A stretch of 64,000 nt of DNA from a virus, in the IMG/VR virus record IMGVR_UViG_3300018424_007835, positions 1 to 64,000 of that record; one strand, written 5' to 3'. Positions 1 to 8,784 of this stretch are shown one piece after another. The position numbers were made by a program, and so were the translations under genes. Below the pieces are notes generated by a model that saw only the letters and a program-made list of their open reading frames with translations, was not told the origin of the DNA and ran no database searches. How positions within the stretch are numbered: position 1 is the stretch's first letter; each line of letters opens with the position of its first letter.

Positions 1-581
1 AGGCCGGTGAATCCGTATGCGTATTTTGATGATAGTTTGTTGATGGTGTAGCCTTTTGTGCGGATGTGGTCGATCATCCACGTGTCGGCGGTGGTTAGTT
101 GTACGCTGTGGTGTGCTAGTGTGCCGTCTCCGAGGAGGCATCCGAGTAGGTAGGGGTCGATTGGTGTTGGCTGTGATTCCATTTGTACTGGTTGTACGAT
201 TGGGATGTACCATCGGCAGTCTCCGTTTGGTTTTTGGTAGTAGGTTTCGTACGTGTAACCTCTGGTGGTCTGGGTGAGATGGCTGAACCCCTCGTTTTTT
301 TGTTGGCCACCTTCGTACATTTGTTGTGTGGTTAGTGTTTTCCAGGGTCCGTTACATTTGCGGGCGTTTACGTCTTGTACGTTCCAGAGGTGTTCAGGGT
401 TTACGTCTACGTGGGTGCCGTCTGTGAATTCGACTCGTAGTACTCGTGTAGTGCCTTGTGGGTGTACGGCTACTACTTTGGTGGGTTTACCGTCCGATCC
501 GATTACTAGGTCGTTTACTTTGACTTCGCCGTGAGTGGTCCACCCGGTTGGTGTAAGTATCATAGTACTTAGTATACACGC
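1..581 (-). mobile_element. Intein (Ala1, LAGLIDADG endonuclease) in the SNF2 Walker A motif, partial
   Basis: GLGK|ACILSTMILTPTGW...FTDGTHVDVNPEHLW (block B His/Trp)...IDPYLLGCLLGDG; C-terminus is outside the window. Confidence 0.85.
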
Positions 582-1190
582 CTTGCCTAGTCCCATCTGG
601 TCGGCTATGAAAGTTTTGCGTTTTTCGGCGGCGTATGCTACGCCTGCTTTTTGGTAGGGGTAGAGTTCTATTTGTAGGGTGGGGATGTGGATGTCGGCGT
701 CGGTGGCTTGGTTGAGGTTTTGTGCGTGTTGTGCTTGTTGGGTTTCGTTTTGGGCTTGTGTGCGTAGGGTTTGGGGGAAGGGGAGGTTGTGTTGGTCTGC
801 CCATTTGATGATGTCGTGGATGGTGGTGTAGGGGGTTTCCCAGGTGTTTGTGGTTGGGTTCCATTGTACGCCGGGGATGGATTTGAGGTGGGCGATTTGG
901 AGTTGGTTGTAGGGGGTGTTGATTTTGAGTTTGTTTTTTTCAAGTGTTATGGTGGTGGTGGCGTGTGGGTGTTGTGGGAGTTGGAGTTGTTGTAGTTGTT
1001 CGTCCACGTTTATGTTCCAGGTGTGGGCGAATTGGATGGCTTGTTGGTGTTGGCGTAGTGGTATGGTCCAGTGTTTGTTGAGTTTGTCCCATTTGGCTGT
1101 GGGGATGGTTGCTTTGAGGGCGTTGACTTCTTCTTGGTTGTAGGGGGTGTGGAGGGTTATTTGGTTTCCGGTTAGTTTTAGTTCTTTCAT
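1..1190 (-). CDS. SNF2-family (SMARCAL1/HARP-like) helicase, intein-interrupted, runs off the left edge
   Basis: Not in the ORF track because there is no stop in the window. My translation from ATG 1190 (ATGA overlap with the upstream gene) is open to base 1: two HARP-like repeats (TPYNQEEVNALK..AKWD..KHW; TPYNQLQIAHLKSIPGVQWN..TW), Q-motif ELYPYQKAGV, Walker A IADQMGLGK. Confidence 0.88.
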   Translation of the reverse strand, partial: MKELKLTGNQITLHTPYNQEEVNALKATIPTAKWDKLNKHWTIPLRQHQQAIQFAHTWNINVDEQLQQLQLPQHPHATTTITLEKNKLKINTPYNQLQIAHLKSIPGVQWNPTTNTWETPYTTIHDIIKWADQHNLPFPQTLRTQAQNETQQAQHAQNLNQATDADIHIPTLQIELYPYQKAGVAYAAEKRKTFIADQMGLGKACILSTMILTPTGWTTHGEVKVNDLVIGSDGKPTKVVAVHPQGTTRVLRVEFTDGTHVDVNPEHLWNVQDVNARKCNGPWKTLTTQQMYEGGQQKNEGFSHLTQTTRGYTYETYYQKPNGDCRWYIPIVQPVQMESQPTPIDPYLLGCLLGDGTLAHHSVQLTTADTWMIDHIRTKGYTINKLSSKYAYGFTG

Positions 1191-1480
1191 TGGTAGTTGG
1201 GTAGGTCGTTGATGATGATGGGGGTGTTTGGGCCCATGTATGACCCGTGGATGTTGTAGTAGAAGTGGTCGATGGCGTCTTCATATGATATGTCGTCTTC
1301 CATGATGATGTCAAGGATTTTTTGGGTTGAGTAGACGAGTAGGGTTGGGCGGGTGCCGTTGGGGTGCCATACGTCGGCGGTGGCGATGATGGCGTTGTCG
1401 AAGCCGTCGAGTTTGAGGGCGTTGTTGTTTTCTTGTGCGGCGTGTTGTATGGCTAGTGCGGCTTTTGGGTTTGTGATCAT
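1187..1480 (-). CDS. Conserved phage hypothetical protein
   Basis: Motif DGFDNAII...VYS..KI...EDA..HFYYNI.GSYMG..TP resembles a common environmental-phage family; ATGA-coupled to neighbours. Confidence 0.75.
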   Translation of the reverse strand: MITNPKAALAIQHAAQENNNALKLDGFDNAIIATADVWHPNGTRPTLLVYSTQKILDIIMEDDISYEDAIDHFYYNIHGSYMGPNTPIIINDLPNYQ

Positions 1481-2370
1481 GATACTGGTGTGGGGATGTA
1501 GTGTCGGGTCATGGTGTGTGCGTGTTCTGCTGCTTCGATGGTGCTGATGTGGGTTTGTACTAGGTTGGCCATTGTTTGTTCCCAGGTGTAGCCTCCTGCT
1601 AGGACGTAGGCGATTGGGGTGTTTGTGGCTTTGGCGTGCATGAATACCATGCTGTCTCGTTGTTGCATTGTTGCGTATGAGATGATGGGGTAGGGGTCTG
1701 TGCCTGCGTTGTACAGGATTAGGTCGGTGTTTGGGTTTATGTTTTCTAGGGTTTGGTCTACGTGCCGTAGGTATTGGTTGTCGTTTGTTACGATGTTGAT
1801 GGTGTGGGTTTCGTCTTCCCGGTAGCTGTCGTATTTGTTGGTGGAGATGTCGTATTGTTCTACTCTGTGGTCGATGCCGTAGTGTCGTAGTGAGCGGACG
1901 GTGCCGCCTCCGCAGTGGGCGTCGAAGTCTAGGATGGTGATGTGCGTGTCGTTGTACCAGTTTGCTGTGATGGCTAGACCGTTGACGGTGCAGTATCCTG
2001 CGCCTGTGTTTGGGTCGGCGTGGTGTAGTCCTGATGATAGGCTTCCTGCTATTCCTTGGTTTAGTGCGGTTTGGGTGGCGGCGATTACTCCTGCTGTGGA
2101 GTTGCGTGCCATTTCCCAGATGCCTGGCTCCCAGTTGAAGCCGTTGCTGTTTGCTAGTTGGCTTGGGATGCCGGTTTTGAGGGCACCGTAGTAGTCTATG
2201 TCCAGCCCGTGCCTGATGGCTTTGTCTGCGACGTGGATCATGTGGTGGGGGTCGGTGATGTTGTTTGCACCGATGGTGTTTACAATGTTCTCACTTTTGC
2301 GGGTGGTGTCGAATGCGTCTTCTGCTCCGACGTAGTGGTGGTTCCAGTAGATTTTGTGACTGTAGGCCAT
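1477..2370 (-). CDS. Histone deacetylase/AcuC/AphA-family Zn-dependent deacylase
   Basis: SGLHHA, GYCTVN, LDFDAHCGGGT, YNAGTDP and LAGGY motifs; start at ATG 2370 with AAGGAG RBS. Confidence 0.9.
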   Translation of the reverse strand: MAYSHKIYWNHHYVGAEDAFDTTRKSENIVNTIGANNITDPHHMIHVADKAIRHGLDIDYYGALKTGIPSQLANSNGFNWEPGIWEMARNSTAGVIAATQTALNQGIAGSLSSGLHHADPNTGAGYCTVNGLAITANWYNDTHITILDFDAHCGGGTVRSLRHYGIDHRVEQYDISTNKYDSYREDETHTINIVTNDNQYLRHVDQTLENINPNTDLILYNAGTDPYPIISYATMQQRDSMVFMHAKATNTPIAYVLAGGYTWEQTMANLVQTHISTIEAAEHAHTMTRHYIPTPVS

Positions 2371-2384
2371 TACGCTCCTTTTTG

Positions 2385-3125
2385 TCAGGGGGCGACCCTG
2401 TTGTTGGTTTCGTATGCTTCCCAGGTGATGGGCATGTGTTGTTGTAGGTGGGATGCTAGTGCTTGTGCGTATTGTTGGATTTCCCATTGGGCGTGTTCGT
2501 CTGCTCGTAGGGAGATGAAGTTGAGTAGGGCTCTGGCGTTGGTGGTGGCGTAGAATTCTGTGTAGGTTCCTACTGGCAGCACCATGCGTGCTACTTCTTT
2601 TGCTACTCCTTGTTTGATTAGGGTTTTGTATGCGAAGAAGGAGTGTGCGTATGCTGATTGCATGCCGTCGATTGGGTATTGGGCGGCGGGGAGGGGGTGG
2701 AAGGTGTATGCCCCTGGTTTTCCGACTTGTGTGCGGATTTGGGCGGGGGCAGGGATGTATCCTTCGGTTTCAATTTCGGCGTATCGTCCTGAGTATTCGT
2801 TGTATGACCATCCGATTCGGTGTCTGAACCATTCTCTTACAACAAAGATGGGTGCTTTGACGTGGAAGCGGAAGAAGTTGTGTTCAAATGGGGTGCCGTG
2901 CTTTTCTCGCATGAGAAATTGTATGAGTTTGTCGTCTCCGTCTTCCATTGTTTCGTGTCGTTTTCCGAACGATACTCGGGCGGCGTTTACTACGCTTAGG
3001 TCGTCTGCTGAGACAGCGTCTAGCCGAACGAATCCTTTGTCTAACACGTCTATTGAGTCCCCTACGGGAACGGGAGGTGCTGCCTGGCTTTGGGCTTTTG
3101 GTATGTCTTTCCAGCGCATATTCAT
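2385..3125 (-). CDS. thyX: FAD-dependent thymidylate synthase
   Basis: HGTPFEH, RHRIGWSYNEYSGRY (RHRx7SxR signature), EVARMVLP, HAQWEIQ. Confidence 0.97.
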   Translation of the reverse strand: MNMRWKDIPKAQSQAAPPVPVGDSIDVLDKGFVRLDAVSADDLSVVNAARVSFGKRHETMEDGDDKLIQFLMREKHGTPFEHNFFRFHVKAPIFVVREWFRHRIGWSYNEYSGRYAEIETEGYIPAPAQIRTQVGKPGAYTFHPLPAAQYPIDGMQSAYAHSFFAYKTLIKQGVAKEVARMVLPVGTYTEFYATTNARALLNFISLRADEHAQWEIQQYAQALASHLQQHMPITWEAYETNNRVAP

Positions 3126-3209
3126 ACTCCTATGATCACTTTCCTACTATTAATCTTATAGGACAGTGTTTGGTTGTGGGTTTAGACATACTTTTTGGTG
3201 CGCTGTTTG

Positions 3210-3809
3210 TCATGCTGTGGTGATGCCGTGGATGTCCGTGGTGTTTGTGACGCTGTATCCGTTAAGGTTACGGCTGGGGGGAACCACGTGAGATGGTCCG
3301 TCGTAGCCGCCTTCGTCGTACAGGTGTTGCAGTAGGACTGCTGGCAGGTGTTGGGGAAGTAGAACGTCTTCTCCGTTGGCTGAGGTGTCAACTTGGATCA
3401 CAATTCCTTCTAGACCTTTGTGGGGGTAACCGTTGAAGTCTTCAATCCAGTACACGGTGCGGCCACCGATTCGTGCTAGTTCGGCGTGTGGTCTACAAGC
3501 GGTTGCTTTCCAATCAATTGTTCGCTTGTTGGTGTTGTCGTCAATGACTGGGACATCGCCGGGAATGCCAAGGATGGGGGAAATGTGCTTGTTGGCTTGG
3601 TGTCGCCAGGTAGTGAGCCAGTGTAGGTCGGTGGACTGGTACATGGCTTGCACTAGGTGGGGCATGTACTCGGGTACCCAGACGGTGTAGTCTCCTGCTT
3701 CGTGGGGAGGTGTGGGCCACCCGAACTCAACTCGGCCGCCTGTGAACAGGTGGTTGAGGCTGTTGATTACGCCGTCAACGTCGAGGAATACTGTTGGCTT
3801 GAACTTCAT
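3210..3809 (-). CDS. HAD-superfamily phosphatase (Swiss-army-knife RNA-repair-like HAD domain)
   Basis: FLDVDGVIN motif I, WLTTW motif II, WK motif III, WIED motif IV; ATG 3809 with AAGGAG. Confidence 0.82.
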   Translation of the reverse strand: MKFKPTVFLDVDGVINSLNHLFTGGRVEFGWPTPPHEAGDYTVWVPEYMPHLVQAMYQSTDLHWLTTWRHQANKHISPILGIPGDVPVIDDNTNKRTIDWKATACRPHAELARIGGRTVYWIEDFNGYPHKGLEGIVIQVDTSANGEDVLLPQHLPAVLLQHLYDEGGYDGPSHVVPPSRNLNGYSVTNTTDIHGITTA

Positions 3810-3832
3810 TTTTGCTCCTTTGTTATGCCTTA

Positions 3833-3861
3833 ATTGTAGCACAGTTTGGGAGATTTGTCAA
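3833..3861 (-). promoter_or_regulatory. Sigma70/SigA-type promoter for the HAD gene
   Basis: TTGACA (3861-3856), 17 nt, TACAAT (3838-3833) with extended TG. Confidence 0.8.
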
Positions 3862-3867
3862 ATTGGT

Positions 3868-3965
3868 AAAATATTACAGCCCCTTCCGCTGGGAGGGGAC
3901 CAAGCAAAAAGGGGCTGCACCCTCAGAAATACCCAAAAGTGCTGATTTGCGTATTGAGAAGGTTA
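3868..3965 (-). ncRNA. Candidate small RNA with two hairpins and a C-rich loop
   Basis: Promoter TTGACG (3999-3994), 17 nt, TAGTAT (3976-3971); no ORF; 3' hairpin UGCAGCCCCUUU/GAAGGGGCUGUA enclosing UCCCCUCCC. Confidence 0.5.
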
Positions 3966-4000
3966 TATGTATACTAATCGGCCGTTTGGTGGCCGTCAAC

Positions 4001-4071
4001 TGTTACGCCCATTAATTTTAAGTTACGCTTGTCATTTAAGTGTAACTTAAACCGTTCGTAAGTTACACTTA
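4001..4071. repeat. Four GTWAC-core boxes at exact 20-bp spacing (TAAGTTACRCTT in alternating orientation)
   Basis: GTTAC 4002, GTTAC 4022, GTAAC 4042, GTTAC 4062; 4037-4049 and 4059-4071 form a perfect 13-bp inverted repeat. Confidence 0.85.
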
Positions 4072-6870
4072 CCAATCCATTACCTGATCATCAAACTCTT
4101 CGTTAGCTAAAGCTTCGTTAAGTTCTTCATCGGTGCGGGTCTGTTGTTGCCCTGAGTCGTACTGGCTGAACTCTATTACTTCAAACGGCCAAGTTGATCC
4201 ACGTTTGCACAATGTGGGCCACTCCCTGGCTTCTCGTTGACCACGATAGTGCTTAAAGTCGATTAGCTCAGGGTCGGTGGGGTCGGGGGAGAGTGCTATT
4301 CCGAACTCTGACCATCTGGACCAAACGGCTGAGCCAAAGGGGCGTAGGTCACGCTGACCTCCTGATCCCAACGGGGCGTGGTGTTCAATCCAGAGGGCGC
4401 AGTTGTATGTGTGTCGGATGTAATCTAGGAATCGGGCAATTTCAATAGATACTGATTCTGCTGTTCGTCCGCCTGGGTCGATGAACGATTTGTAGAGGGG
4501 GCCGAAGAAGAGGATGTCAGGGTCGATTGCTGCAACGTGCTCTTCTACTAGTGCCCGGTCTTGTGGTGTGAGAAGGTTGACCCCGTCTGGCTTCATAAGC
4601 AAGTGGGCGTCCATGCCTTCGTGCATTTTGTATGCTTTGATGGAATCATAGATGCGCATTGATGTTCGGCGGATAATCCGTTCAGGGTTCTCCAAGTCAA
4701 TCATCAGTGTTCTGGCTTTTGGCATTCTGTCTCTGCGGAATGGGTGAATGCCTGCGGCTGACATTAGCGCAACTTGTCGGGCAAGGGTTGTGTTGTGGGT
4801 AGGGATGAAACTTTCTCCAATAAGATAAGTGTTATCTGGGCCGTCCACAGAAATGCACAGCATTGGCTCTGGCTCGATTTTCTCCACAGCCGTAATGTAG
4901 CGATACTTAGATCGTGGCGTCCGAAGGGGCTTGATTCTGTCTGACTTGCGCTGCAGGCTGAACACCGGCAAATCTGTGGTGAAATAGATTCGGTAGCGCT
5001 TTCCTACAGCTTTTCCGTTTAGTACACTGTCCCTTTCATTGAGGGTGGCCTTGATTCCAAATGTCATCAATAACTCATGAACATCATTGGCAAGTGCCTT
5101 GTTGCAGACGCAGAACTCTGAACTTCCCCCAGTGTCAATGGTACCATCAGTGTCCATAAGTCCCTGAAGTAGTGCTAGCCGCTGACTGTAGGAGGAACGC
5201 AGGTACTGCATGGGGATGCGCTTGTTCCCCAAGATTCCCAGTTCACGTAGTTGTGTTTGTAGCCCTAAGACACCCCACATAGGAACCTTACCGTTTCGCA
5301 CTGAAGACTCCCTCAAGCGCACATCGTAGCTACCCGACACCCTGTCAATGATCTGCTTATCACTGTCAGCATTGGAGATACCACCGTTGGCGCTGTTCCC
5401 ATCCCCAAGCCAAACACCTAAGGTGTAAGGGTCGACCAGAAGATCAGCCTCTGGTAGTTGAAGTGGTTCTGTTGTGGGCACAGCGTGATTTAGTGCTTTT
5501 GAGACTCTGTTTGAAATGAGACTATCTCTAATTTCGGCGGTTGTGCGCACCTTACCGACTCGCCGTTTTTCACGCTCTTTGATTGTTTCCGTGTACCAGT
5601 TGTGTTCAGCGTCGGCGTCTACGTAGCTGCCGTCTGAGAAGTGTACACGGTATGAGTCAGGATTTGGTTCAACGGGGGAGACGTATGTGACGTTTACGGG
5701 GTTACCGAATCGGTCGATAACCTTATCTCCGACTTTAATGTCACCAAGTTTTGTCCATCCGTAAGGTGTAGGTATCATACTACTTATTGTAGCACGCTTA
5801 CCGGCACCTTCGGACGCAACTACGATTACTCGCTCCTGTCTCTCCAGCAGATTTGGAATCACCCAATCGTAGGATAGATCAAAGTCTGTCTCTAGGAACG
5901 GTGACCACTCAACAAGGTTACCGGTGTCACGGTGCTCCCGGTCCCGGGTAGACAAGAAGGTGTCTACTGAGGAGGCGACTCGGCCTGCGAGCACTCCTTC
6001 CGAAAGATCAGTGCCTTGAAGGTTTTGCAAACTTTCAATTAGGGTGTCTAGGGCTGAATGATCTACATCTGATTCTTGTTCGGGGGTTTCGTCAAATGGG
6101 ATGAGTTCGTTGGCTAGATCAGCACCCGAAGCGATAAGGTCCGCAACGTCCTTGAACTTCCCAGGCTTGAAAACCTTTACTTTGCATCCAGCAGCGAGAA
6201 GCTCGCTGTTGACGGCCCGAGCGTGAATGTAGCCGGGCTCGTCGTTGTCGCATATAATCGCAACCTTTGCCCCCGCTAGAGCCTCTGTGTGGTTCGAGGT
6301 CCACTTGTTTTGTCCTTCTCCTCCTGCGCCACCAGGGTTGGTGGTTGCAATATACCCAATAGATTCCAGGGCGTGAACGTCTTTTTCGCCTTCTACAACA
6401 TAAATTGTGTGACCGTTCATCTTGGCTTCAAGCACTTCAGGCAGACGGTACAAGGGCTTCTCAATACCGCTTGTGGTCCAGACCCATCCTCCCTGCCCAT
6501 CGGGGGCACGTTGCTTGAAGGTTTTCTTTCCATCACTGTCAACGTACCGCAGCACTTCCATGACGAGGTTATCTGTGGCATCATAGTAGGGGTACGACTC
6601 TTGAAGAGTTGCCTTCTTTTTTGGTTTTGTTGGAGACTGCTTAGTCTTTGGCCACAATTCTTGAGGGGTGACATCAATCGACTCACAAATTTCGTTCAGG
6701 TCACAACCGCCGCCTCTGAGACACTTCATCAAGACCTGACCCTGCTTGCCCACAGACACTCTCAGAGAAGGATTTTCATCATCAGCCCGACATGGGCAAG
6801 TTGCGTTCCACTGCTGCGGACCAGCCTTAGAATGATTAAGGCGTGCCAGCACGTTATCAATTGGGTCCAT
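4069..6870 (-). CDS. Primase-helicase (Zn-finger, Toprim, RecA/AAA_25 helicase), intein-interrupted
   Basis: CPC..C..GC zinc finger, VVEGEKDV, ICDNDEPG, KDVAD Toprim motifs; Walker A SEGAGK|T; IDLEN; IEHH; FGS; probable start ATG 6870. Confidence 0.92.
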   Translation of the reverse strand: MDPIDNVLARLNHSKAGPQQWNATCPCRADDENPSLRVSVGKQGQVLMKCLRGGGCDLNEICESIDVTPQELWPKTKQSPTKPKKKATLQESYPYYDATDNLVMEVLRYVDSDGKKTFKQRAPDGQGGWVWTTSGIEKPLYRLPEVLEAKMNGHTIYVVEGEKDVHALESIGYIATTNPGGAGGEGQNKWTSNHTEALAGAKVAIICDNDEPGYIHARAVNSELLAAGCKVKVFKPGKFKDVADLIASGADLANELIPFDETPEQESDVDHSALDTLIESLQNLQGTDLSEGVLAGRVASSVDTFLSTRDREHRDTGNLVEWSPFLETDFDLSYDWVIPNLLERQERVIVVASEGAGKRATISSMIPTPYGWTKLGDIKVGDKVIDRFGNPVNVTYVSPVEPNPDSYRVHFSDGSYVDADAEHNWYTETIKEREKRRVGKVRTTAEIRDSLISNRVSKALNHAVPTTEPLQLPEADLLVDPYTLGVWLGDGNSANGGISNADSDKQIIDRVSGSYDVRLRESSVRNGKVPMWGVLGLQTQLRELGILGNKRIPMQYLRSSYSQRLALLQGLMDTDGTIDTGGSSEFCVCNKALANDVHELLMTFGIKATLNERDSVLNGKAVGKRYRIYFTTDLPVFSLQRKSDRIKPLRTPRSKYRYITAVEKIEPEPMLCISVDGPDNTYLIGESFIPTHNTTLARQVALMSAAGIHPFRRDRMPKARTLMIDLENPERIIRRTSMRIYDSIKAYKMHEGMDAHLLMKPDGVNLLTPQDRALVEEHVAAIDPDILFFGPLYKSFIDPGGRTAESVSIEIARFLDYIRHTYNCALWIEHHAPLGSGGQRDLRPFGSAVWSRWSEFGIALSPDPTDPELIDFKHYRGQREAREWPTLCKRGSTWPFEVIEFSQYDSGQQQTRTDEELNEALANEEFDDQVMDW
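4792..5796 (-). mobile_element. Class-3-type intein (Arg1) with LAGLIDADG homing endonuclease, 335 aa
   Basis: GAGK|RATISSMIPTPYGW...AEHNW...LGVWLGDG...LLQGLMDTDG...MLCISV...IPTHN|T; excision restores GAGKT. Confidence 0.92.
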
Positions 6871-7324
6871 CAGAGAACCTTTCCAAAATCCATGCCTCTC
6901 GTGTTTTCTCATAAATGGATGTAAACATTGTTCTGTCTGCGTTCGTGGTCAGCGCTGTTGCTCCAGTCCCGAGTCTGCGAATGGTCTGCGCCAACACAGG
7001 ATGAGGTTTTGCATAATCATACGTTCCAGCGTATATTTTCTGACCGATGGATTGCAGGATTGTCCAGGCTTCTTCAGGCTCAGGCGGAAGCTCCTCATCA
7101 GAGTTATGAGAAAGAACTTGTAGGCGCAACTCCCCTGGACGGGGCATCCACTTGCGGCCTGCCAGACCCATTTGCTTCACCGCAGCTTTCGTGGTGGCGT
7201 AATCAAGGTCTTGCACGAACTCCCAGTAACCTTGAGCCCTTGCTGTTATGCTGGCTATGTCTAAGGATTTGTCCCACGTCACACTCATGAATGTCACGAG
7301 GTCTTGGCACTCTTGTTTTTCCAT
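6857..7324 (-). CDS. Replicative helicase loader/inhibitor (G39P-like) protein
   Basis: W...QDLDY...KAAV...KWMPRPGELR...EEAW pattern; directly upstream of the primase-helicase; leaderless promoter TTGACA-17-TATCCT. Confidence 0.6.
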   Translation of the reverse strand: MEKQECQDLVTFMSVTWDKSLDIASITARAQGYWEFVQDLDYATTKAAVKQMGLAGRKWMPRPGELRLQVLSHNSDEELPPEPEEAWTILQSIGQKIYAGTYDYAKPHPVLAQTIRRLGTGATALTTNADRTMFTSIYEKTREAWILERFSDGPN

Positions 7325-7360
7325 AGCTACAGGATATCACACTTTCTCATATTTGTCAAT

Positions 7361-7389
7361 AAAAGGCAAAAGCCCCCCAAAAGGGGGGC
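7361..7389 (-). terminator. Intrinsic terminator after ssb
   Basis: GCCCCCC-TTTT-GGGGGGC hairpin followed by a U-rich tract on the minus strand. Confidence 0.8.
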
Positions 7390-7414
7390 CTCAACCTTCA
7401 GACCTTTCCGATCA

Positions 7415-7861
7415 TCAAAAATCATCGAAAGGGTCGGAAGCGGGTACAGTTGCTCGACGCTGCGGAGCCTGGTTGCTACGTCCCTGAGGGGCCGAGCCTC
7501 CCTGCCCGTTGCCTCGACGGCGAGTCATCGTCTCAATCCCGTTGCAGCTAACCGCAATGTGATCTGCCACGATTTCAACGGTGGATCGCTTTTGCCCCTC
7601 GGTATCCTCCCAGGAGCGCTGTTCCAACCGTCCCTTGACTACGACAGGCATGCCCTTCTCTAGAACGTTGGCGGCGTTCTCGGCGGTGTACCGCCACGCA
7701 CAAACGTTGAAGAAAGAGGTTTCTTCCTGCCATTCGCCGTTGGCCTGATATCGACGGTTTGACGCTACCGAGAAGCTCAGTCGAGCGTTGCCGTTCGGTG
7801 TGAACTTCATCTCGGGGTCGGCCGTGATGTTGCCAATTACTGTGATTTCTGCATTGCTCAT
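7415..7861 (-). CDS. ssb: Single-stranded DNA-binding protein
   Basis: ITVIGNITADPEMKFTPNG..., KGMPVVVKGRLEQRSWE, acidic tail DPFDDF; ATG 7861 with AGGAG. Confidence 0.96.
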   Translation of the reverse strand: MSNAEITVIGNITADPEMKFTPNGNARLSFSVASNRRYQANGEWQEETSFFNVCAWRYTAENAANVLEKGMPVVVKGRLEQRSWEDTEGQKRSTVEIVADHIAVSCNGIETMTRRRGNGQGGSAPQGRSNQAPQRRATVPASDPFDDF

Positions 7862-7976
7862 ATCGTCTCCTAACGTTTCTCTATTTGCAGATATGTGTAT
7901 TATAGCACGGTGTGGGCCGGGTGTCAAATCAAACTATTGCTGGACACAGGTGGGCTAATATCGTAAAATACCTGAT

Positions 7977-8198
7977 ATGAACGAAAACCGTGAACAAGCC
8001 CGTATGGCTTTATATGATTACTTTGTTGACACTTTGGTAGACTTGGCTGACCCTGAAGAAGGCGAAGAGCCCCAATGCCGTGATGACATGATGTCTGTTG
8101 TGGCCATCCTATTTGAAGGCGCAGGACTTACTGCCATGAATACTGACGATGGGTCAGTCGTGTTTGAGTGTCTAGGTTTATCGGCCAGCGACTTGTAG
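7977..8198 (+). CDS. Acidic hypothetical protein
   Basis: ORF with TAAAAT 7 nt upstream of the ATG (leaderless). Confidence 0.65.
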   Translation: MNENREQARMALYDYFVDTLVDLADPEEGEEPQCRDDMMSVVAILFEGAGLTAMNTDDGSVVFECLGLSASDL

Positions 8199-8783
8199 CC
8201 GCCTGTGCGCCATGAAGTGGCGTCGACACATGACCTGATACTCGACTAATGTTGAGTTGTCGATAACTTCATCTCCACCAGATGAAGCAGGCTGCCCCTC
8301 AATGAACAGTGCATTATGAGTAGCATGTTCCCCACACCAGCAGCGCATCTGATTGTCTAACTGCACTATCTTGTCGCACACCTCTAGAATCCTAGCCGTG
8401 GCTGTGAACAGGTTTCCTTTGTACGAAGTTAGCAGCCCGTAAGCGAACACTTCGATGTTCTTAAGGTCAGCGATTTCTACTAACTCATCAACTTGCTCCA
8501 GGCTTAAAAATTGTGCTTCGTCCACGAACAGGAACTTTAGAGAAGTTTGATTTGTGTGATTGTGAGAGTCGATAAGTTGCACAATTGAATCGTCTGGTTT
8601 TACACCAGTAGACAAAGCGACGCCGCCCATCCGACTTGAGCAAACTGATTCGCCCATTCTGTCATGACGGTTAATGAGAAGTACTTGGTCTGGGTAAGCA
8701 CTTTCCAGGTTAAAGTGGGTTTGTAGTAGGTGTGTTGTTTTGCCAGATGACATTGTTCCGGTTAGAAAAGTGATGGTGGCCAT
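8178..8783 (-). CDS. tdk: Thymidine kinase
   Basis: GTMSSGKTT P-loop, SSRMG, VDEAQFL, AYGL, CWCG...MCRRH zinc site. Confidence 0.93.
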   Translation of the reverse strand: MATITFLTGTMSSGKTTHLLQTHFNLESAYPDQVLLINRHDRMGESVCSSRMGGVALSTGVKPDDSIVQLIDSHNHTNQTSLKFLFVDEAQFLSLEQVDELVEIADLKNIEVFAYGLLTSYKGNLFTATARILEVCDKIVQLDNQMRCWCGEHATHNALFIEGQPASSGGDEVIDNSTLVEYQVMCRRHFMAHRRLQVAGR

Positions 8784-8784
8784 T

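Noticed and set aside
56-1314. Short ORF-track calls in the first 1.3 kb (e.g. 487..864, 668..943, 116..310)
   Set aside because: Alternative-frame shadows of the continuous SNF2 helicase/intein ORF from 1190 to the window edge. I checked the homopolymer runs near 300 and 775 and found no frameshift.
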